Assembly: GCA_951406725.2 (NCBI GenBank)
Contig: OX597817.1
Coordinates: 78,802,001 to 78,866,000, forward strand
DNA: 64,000 nt
From: Octopus vulgaris
Lineage: Eukaryota
Reading direction: 5' to 3'
Part shown: positions 55,871 through 64,000 of the stretch, one piece after another
Position numbering within the stretch: the stretch's first letter is position 1
Layout of the letters: each line of letters starts with the position of its first letter
Notes under the pieces: generated by a model
The model's input: the letters and a program-made list of their open reading frames with translations, nothing else
Databases searched by the model: none
Told to the model about the DNA's origin: nothing
Position numbers and translations under genes: made by a program

Positions 55871-57249
55871 AATACATAGATGATATTGTTCCCTGGAACA
55901 ACATACACAAATTGTGCCCAATTGTGATGTTTAACCGCTCTGCCAGATGTAGAGAATGTAATTTCGATAGTTGCAGAAAAGATGAATATCTTAGAGTACA
56001 GAATATGTGGTCTTGTACTCTAATGTACACCATTTTCGTAATCTGACCCTGTTGTTATTGTTGTTGATAACATGTAGAAAATTAGCAAACAGACCAGTAG
56101 AATTAGTTGTAGATTAAAATAATGAGTATTGGGGTTGACTACACTTTTAAGGTGGTGCTCCAGCAAGGCTGCAGTTCAATGACTGAAACAAGTAGAAGGC
56201 AAAAAATATAGAAGGTATTCTTTTTTATACTTAAAAAATTTTTTTTATTCTTTTACTTGTTTCAGTTAATTTGACTGCAGCCATGCTGGAGCACTGCCTT
56301 AAGTTGAACAAATCAACCCCAGGATTTCTTATTATGAACTTCTTATTATGGCAATAATAAGAACAATAGACACAACTTACTACCTGTAAAGTTAGAGTAC
56401 TGAGGGACAGAGATGTCCCCAACCCTATGGCAAAGAATTTACTTTAGCTCACCATAGCTCACCACATACCCATTAAATAAAGCAGGAACACCAGAAATGT
56501 CTTTGCTCTGAACTCTAAGAACTCTTGTTATGGCACTGTCCAGAACAGATTTTCAAGACCTAAAGAATTCATTATAGAAAAAAAAAATATTATAGATCCC
56601 AAAAGTGAGGTCAAACTGCCAAATAATTGCTCTAATTTTGCTAATCTCTAATTTGGTTGCTATGACTATTCTCTAATTTCTATTAATGTTATATACTGTA
56701 TTATTTATATTTCATTTAAAATTTTTCTTTTTTTTTTTTATGAGGATGATAATGATGACAGTGATAATAGTGAGCCAGGAACAGACAAAAATAAAAAGTG
56801 GAGAAAAACACATAAACGTAAGACCCCTAAAAATATTAACAAAAACCAAACCAAAAAAAAACCAGAAAAGAATGCTAACTAGAAAAATATTTTTAAAAAT
56901 ACAAAAACAAAATATGAGAAGAATTTTATAAGAAAAACATTCCACAAGAAAATTATTGATAAAGAATACCAGAAAAGAAAATGAAAATCAAAATAACTCA
57001 AAACATTTGGTAAGAATTTGTAGAAAATTACATGAATAAAAATGGAATATAGAAAGATAAATATAAAAAATATCAATTGATTGAATAAATGATTACCTAA
57101 TATACCAATTTTGGATATTTTATATATTGTTGTAGTAAGTATGAGTGTAAAAAAATTGTCTTTTTAAACATATAACTTCAATTTTCCCAATAATCTGTAC
57201 ATATGTATGTATGTGTATGTGGATATATGTGTGTGTTTGTGTATATGCG

Positions 57250-57298
<49 letters not shown>

Positions 57299-57371
57299 GT
57301 ATGTACATGTATGTATATGCGTGCATGGATATATATATATATATACACACACACTCACACACACACACACC

Positions 57372-57409
<38 letters not shown>

Positions 57410-58026
57410 GAGATAGATAGATCGATGGATAGATAGACTTACATAAACACATCTATTGATACATGCATATATATATATATATATATACATATGCATATAT
57501 ATATATACTAATATATTCACACGCACACATATATATATACATATATTTACTCACACAATCATATACTCACACACATCACCAACACACATCCATATTGTGC
57601 CAATTTTCCAACAGAAAAACATTTCATAAGTGAATATCACAAAATACCTATAATATCATGCTTTTACTGAATTAATATTATGTTTTTTGTTATTTTTGTC
57701 GCTTTTTGCAGTTTTTTAAAAATGTTCTTTTAACACTTTGTATTATTTGTAGTCAAATTTGGTGATAACTAAACATTATTATTTTTTCCCAATACTTGCA
57801 AAAATAAAAATAAATGAAATAAATTGGGAAGAATATACAAAAATATTTTATGTGGAGCATGAAAAAAATCGTTTTATTTTATTTCTTATTCCATATTCAC
57901 ATATACAAGTATACACAGGTAGAAAGTTATACAAATAGATAGATAGACAGATAAATAGATACACAGATAGAAAGATATATAGATAAATAGATAGATAGAT
58001 AAATAGATACAAAGAAAGATAGATAA

Positions 58027-58067
<41 letters not shown>

Positions 58068-58290
58068 CAGACAGGTAAATAAATATATAGATAGATAAAA
58101 GGAGAAACTACTAAACAATATATATATTTATGTACATATACGTGTGTGTGTATGTGTATGTATATATACATATATATATTCATATATATATGTGTGTGTA
58201 TGTGTGTGTATATATGTATGGATATATATATATATATACATATATATATGTGTGCATATATATATATTGTCTTGTACATGCGTATATGTG

Positions 58291-58331
<41 letters not shown>

Positions 58332-59362
58332 CACACGTGTGTATTTTTGTGTGTGTGTAAGAATATACATGCTTCTATGTGCATAACGTAGCAAAAACAC
58401 TAAAAAAATAAGTATCCATAAACATGAATAGATAACAGATGGATAGACAGGTGAACAGTTAGACATAAATAAATAGAGAAAAAGATTGATAGATCACCAG
58501 ATTGGGAGGATAAGTAGATAAATGAATACAGAGGTAGACTGATAGATAAATACATATGCTAATAAATGCATAAATGTGACTATTACATTGGCTTTTATTT
58601 TTATGTCTTATTTTTGCGGTAATTCCTATTTTATATATGAATTGTTCTTTTGCTTCTTCCATTTTTGCAGTCATTTAACTATTATTTCCTAAAAAGAAAA
58701 AAATAAATGAATAAATAAATGAATAAATAAATAAATAAATAAATAAACAAGGAAAGATACAAAACAGCAATGAAAAAAGGAAATTGTATTGTATAAATAT
58801 ATACATTAATAAATATGTTAAGAATTCAATAAAATGTTTTATTTTCAATGATTTTTCATCGTTGTCATCATCAGTAGCAGTATCATCATCATCACCATCA
58901 TTAGCATTGTCATACTTGTCCTCTTGTTGTTATAGATATTAATGGTCATGTTGTTGATGGGCTTTTTTTTGTGTGTGTATGTGTGTGTTTTTACTTCACT
59001 ATCTGAAAGTAACAAAATATTATGAATCTTGGAGAAAAAAAAATTTTTTAAGAAATATTAAGAACAAAGTTATGATTATGGTATAATATACATACTTGAT
59101 GTGCAACGCCCAGTAAAAACATACATATATGTCTGTTTCAATCAACTTGAATTATAGTTATGTATATAACAAATATATGTGACATACCTACAATATACAT
59201 ACATACATACATATATAGACATACTGTTTATATATATAAGTATACACGTATGTGTGTGTATGTGTGTGTGTATGTGCATGTATGATATATCAATACATAT
59301 GTAGTTACCCATCCATCCATCCATTTATCTATCTATCTCTCCCTCACTCTCTGTATATATAA

Positions 59363-59395
<33 letters not shown>

Positions 59396-60056
59396 CATAT
59401 ATATACATATATATATATATATACATATATACATATATGTACACATATATATATATATATACATACATATATATACGCACACACACATACATACACATTC
59501 ATACTCACACACACACACACATTTATTTGCATATGATTTGAAAAGAAAAAAATGAAATCAAGAAAATGAAAAAGAGTAAAATTAACAAAAAAGAAATCCT
59601 ATAAAAAGCAACAGTAACTTGCATTAAAGTGAATGAACAACAATGCAAAAACACACAGAAAAAACAATGTTGAACATTCAACTAAGGCACAAAAACAATG
59701 AATCGATGTTATATAATTATTTATATAAAGAAATGATTCAGGAAATAAAATATATATAAGTAAAATATATATCATGTATATCAACTTACATATAAATAAA
59801 TACATATTTATATATACATGTATTAAAAAGTAATGAGAGAGAACATAATAATTATGGTAAGTGAGCAAAATTAAGAATATAAACTGAAAATAATTTCAAT
59901 TGTGTGAGTTATCATTTTGAGAAATTCCATTACATTTTAAAAGAATTTTGTGTTTATTTTATTTTGGTGAGTTCAAATTTCTTTTAACTATTTTCTTGGA
60001 AATTTTGTAATTTTTTTTTATACATACATTTTTACACACACACATATATATGTATG

Positions 60057-60093
<37 letters not shown>

Positions 60094-60760
60094 CATATAT
60101 AATATACTTATAGATAATAATTTATTTGTTTTTAATTTATACTTTAATGAATCTAACCTTTTCCAAAATGTTGACGCAATGACAAACTCATGCAACTGGT
60201 TTATCGATGTATAAGATAAGGGAGGCAGAAAGAAAGAAAGGGAGAAAGAAAGAAGAAAAGGGAGAAGAGCGAATTTTTTACTTTTCTTAAGCAACTTGAC
60301 TCAAGTTGTTTCAGACCATTTAATCCTCAGCTCTTTATCAGATTCTTTACCTATGTATTTATTTCACACATTTCACACACACACAAACACACACGCACCC
60401 ACAATCTCTCCCTCTCATTTTCACCCCTATTGTCACACATTCTCTTTCTTGTCCTCTCCTATCTTCTTCTCTCTTTTACTTTCTCTCGTTCTTTCACCTC
60501 AGCTCTCACTCATTTTTTTTCTCTTCCCCTCCTTTTCTCTCACATTTTCTCTAACTGTCACTTTTTTCTCTTTCCTCACTTCCTCCCTAATTATGACACT
60601 TCTCCCCTTCACTCTCTCCTTCTCTTTCTTCCAACCCATCGTATGGTATGTTTCAAGAAGAGGCAAAGGACAAGAGTAAATTCCAATTCTTAATTACATC
60701 ACTAGTTTGAGATCTAAACTTGTCTTCCTTCTATTACCTTCCATTTTCAAAGGACAATAA

Positions 60761-60982
60761 CATGAGGTGGTTCTGTAAAGTTCCTGGCTTTACGGTTATC
60801 ATGAAATGCCTGGTTGGACACCCAATCTTCCCAGTTCTTTTACAGGGCTTAGATAAACTGAAGTACCGCTGCAATAAATGTGTGAATTTGAGGGAGGAAT
60901 ATGTTCGATAAAAATCATAATTAATTTATTCTCTGGTATTTTCTTTTACTCAAAGCCAGGAACTTTTCAGCACACCCTTGTA
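60761..60982 (+). mobile_element. Mariner-derived MITE
   Basis: TIRs share aaagttcctggcttt / aaagccaggaacttt, and the right end is followed by TA. Internal GLDKLKYRCNKCVNLREEYV is a mariner C-terminus relic. Confidence 0.8.
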
Positions 60983-60988
60983 TATATA

Positions 60989-62180
60989 TTGAGCCAATCC
61001 GTAAATAATGTACATTTTCAATTGCATGAACTAAAAGTCAGAGGGGGATGGGATAAACTATCCGCTACATTGTGCTTATTCTTAGTGCAAGTTTTGAAGA
61101 GTGCAGTTCGATTTTAGAAGTTATTTTTTCAAAGCTATGATGATAGTGACAAAGGAGCATATTTGGCATATTTTGTTTTATGAGTTCAATAAAGGCAACA
61201 ATGCAACAGAAAGTATGAGGAATATTAAGGCAGTATATGGGGATCAGACAATAAGCTTAAGCCAATGTCAACAGTAGTTCCAGAAATTCTGAGCCAGAAA
61301 GTGCAGCCTAGAAGATGACCCTCATCTTGGAAGATCTGTAGAGCTCGATGAGGACATTCTGCAAACTATCGTAACTGTTGAGGAATTAGCGGAGAAGTTT
61401 GTATTTGGTCATTCAACCATTCATTGAAACTTGCATGCCATTGAAAAAGTCAGCAAATTGGGTCAATGGGTTCTTCACAAACTTTCCAAGTCTAATTGCA
61501 TGCAGAGAGTGAATGTGTACTCTTCTTTGATGTCACATCTCATGAATGAACCTTTTTTGGGACCAAATAGTGACTGGTGATGAGAAATGAGCTCTCTATA
61601 AAAATATCAAGCATCAAGGACAGTAGGTAGGAAAAGGAGAAACACCGGCACCCCAAGCTAAAGAAGGTCTTCACCCACATAAGGTGTTGTTATCTGTTTT
61701 GTGGGATAGGAAAGGTTTAGTCCACTTTGAACTTTTAAACCCAAACCAAACAATAACAATGGAGATCTACTGTGAGCAGCTTGAACAGCTTAAGCCAATG
61801 CTAGAAGAAAATTACCATCTTTGGTTTCAAGACAAAAAGGTTTTTTTTCCATCAGGATAATGCTCTGCTACATACAGCAAGTATGTCATTTCAAAGGCTG
61901 GACCAGTTTGAATGGAAAACGATGCCTCACCCACAATATTCACCAGACATTGCTCCATCTGATTATCATTTATTCCACAGTCTTCAAAATCATTTGGACA
62001 GGAAAAATATGAATTCTGTAGACAAGGTAAGAACAGTACTGGAGGAGTATTTTTCATCACAGACAAGTCAATTTTGGATGAGGAGCCTTGCAAGTCTACT
62101 AGATAGACGTAAGAGCATTGTAGAAAATGGAGGAGAGTATATTTTAGATTTTTAAAAAACTTTGTTTATCTTAATGAGTT
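60989..62180 (+). pseudogene. Near full-length decayed mariner (DD34D) element
   Basis: ATG at 61137: MMIVTKEHIWHILFYEFNKGNNATES..., then WVLHKLS (WVPHEL motif), IVTGDEK and FHQDNALLHT...HPQYSPDIAPSDYHLF (34 residues between the Asp residues). Stop at 62155. Multiple stops and frameshifts. The right TIR is missing. Confidence 0.92.
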
Positions 62181-62270
62181 TATTAATGAGAAGTGAAGGT
62201 GTGATAGATGAATAAGGAAGGAAGAGGTGATGTCGTATTTTTTTCATAGCTCCCATGGTTACTGAGATTA

Positions 62271-62668
62271 TCTAGTATAATAATACTCTTGTGAGTAAGA
62301 AAGGGGTGATAGATGAATAAGGAAGGAAGGGGTGAGCATTTCAACTTTGTGTGAATATATGTGTATGTAAGAGGTGTATGTGAATGTGTGTGTACGTGTG
62401 TGTGTGTACGTGTGTGTGCGTGCAATGGAAGTGGGATGGTTCATCTTTGTTTGCTTAGTATTTGGGTTTATTTTTTGATTTGATTGAATCTTGGTTGGTT
62501 TTTCTTTTTTTGTTCTTGATCAGTTATGTTTTAGCATTTTGACAGAAAAGAGTCTTTCTAAAATTGTTTTTTAATGTAAGCGTGCCCAAACAAGTCAAAT
62601 GCTTATACAGAGCAGGTTTTACAGGCACATCATCAAAACTGACCGGGTGAAACCAGGCTTAGCTGCTA

Positions 62669-62669
<1 letters not shown>
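62271..62669 (+). mobile_element. Non-autonomous Helitron-like element
   Basis: A|TCtagtataataata at 62270/71. 3' hairpin ccggg-tgaaa-ccagg at 62643-57, an 8-nt spacer, then CTAG|T at 62666-70. No TSD. Internal (GT)n. Confidence 0.55.
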
Positions 62670-62712
<43 letters not shown>

Positions 62713-62777
62713 TCATCATCATATATATCCTCATCATCATCATCATCGTTTAACGTCCACTTTCCATGCTAGCATGG

Positions 62778-62834
<57 letters not shown>

Positions 62835-62873
62835 ATATATATGTATATATATGTGTTTATATATGTATATATA

Positions 62874-62910
<37 letters not shown>

Positions 62911-62938
62911 CTAAACCTTGCTAAGATAAATATTTCAA

Positions 62939-63009
62939 TTACCTGAAGATTGACTGTAACCATAACTCGAATTATTACGAATTGGACAGCCATGAAACGA
63001 TCGTAGTGT
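62939..63009 (+). ncRNA. Type I hammerhead ribozyme motif in a TA-flanked element (62908-63146)
   Basis: ttac CTGAAGA t tgactgt...acagcca t GAAA cgatcg TA gtgt. Intact core, 6/7-bp stem II, palindromic ACGATCGT, GUA triplet, 3-bp stem I. Confidence 0.75.
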
Positions 63010-63142
63010 TTTACTCATTATATTTTATTAAACTTTTACTACTTTTGATATATATTTAAAATAATATAAATGAATTAATTTTATGTATTGGCTTAAGTTT
63101 TGCATTGTTTGATTTGCCTAATAGTGGTTTTATCTCTAATTT

Positions 63143-63186
<44 letters not shown>

Positions 63187-63690
63187 ATATATATACTGAG
63201 GGAGGGAGAGAGAGAATGAGAGAGAGAGCCTGAACTTTGTGTGCCTTTATTTCATTTGTTACAACTCTTTCAGTATTCTGCTACACATGATGTCACATAG
63301 TAGATGCAATCCATACATGCACTTCATAAGGATAGCATGTGTTACCAAGTATTGGAAAAAAAAATGATTAAATAGACAATGAAATAAATGAGAATCATGT
63401 GTTAACCCATGTTCTTTGTTCTCTCACTATTGATGTGTTCTTATTTTATGTTATAGCCCACATGTGGGTTTGCAGGACCTCATGTGAATAGACAAAGGTG
63501 GTGAGTTTAATGCGATTAACAATAAGACACAAAATCTGAATGGAATAATTTGGCATGTACTGAACACATCTATATTTGTGTGTGTGTGGGGGGTGAATGG
63601 GTGTGTATAGGTGTATGTGTATGCATGCAGGCATGTGTGTGTGTACATATATGTGTTGGTGTGTGTGTTTATATCTATGTGTGTGTATGC

Positions 63691-63734
<44 letters not shown>

Positions 63735-63739
63735 ATATC

Positions 63740-63950
63740 TAAGTTATTTTGTCTGTACCCTATCACTGCTTGATGGTTGGTTTGTTTACATTTCTATTTA
63801 CTTTGTAGTTCAGCCAAAAAAAAACAATAAAATGAGCACCAGACTTTAAGAGAAAGCATAAGGAATGGGGTCAATTTGTTTGACTTAACCCTTCAAGGCA
63901 GTGCCCCAGCATATCCACAGTTCATTGAGTGAAGCAGGTATAAGATAAAA
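63740..63950 (+). mobile_element. SINE family A 3' half, diverged
   Basis: cactgcttga...cccttcaaggcagtgccccagcatatccacagt...aagataaaa. Confidence 0.65.
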
Positions 63951-64000
63951 AACAATTGATTTCAGAGTTGTCTCCCTTGTCTATCTTGATAAGAATTAAT

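Overview
AT-rich, microsatellite-saturated eukaryotic non-coding DNA (intergenic or a very long intron). The repeat families look like those of a coleoid cephalopod, most likely Octopus; this is an inference from remembered repeat sequences, not a search result. No host protein-coding gene can be supported, and most ORFs in the supplied track are translations of (TA)n/(CA)n/(TACA)n/(GATA)n/(CAT)n tracts. The window is a transposon graveyard. It holds many copies of three SINE families plus rarer ones. It also holds decayed Tc1/mariner transposases of four classes (DD34D, DD36E, DD37D, DD41D), a hAT MITE, a mariner MITE, a solo LTR with a 4-bp TSD, a Helitron-like element and a probable LINE ORF1 relic. 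The most striking pattern is about 10-12 type I hammerhead ribozyme (HHR) motifs (CUGANGA...GAAA...NUH) in several unrelated short elements, usually sitting in (TA)n tracts. Most have a self-complementary stem III. At least four families share a fold-back layout: an inverted copy of the 3' tail, then the HHR, then the 3' tail. This suggests non-autonomous Penelope-like (pLTR) or retrozyme-like elements.
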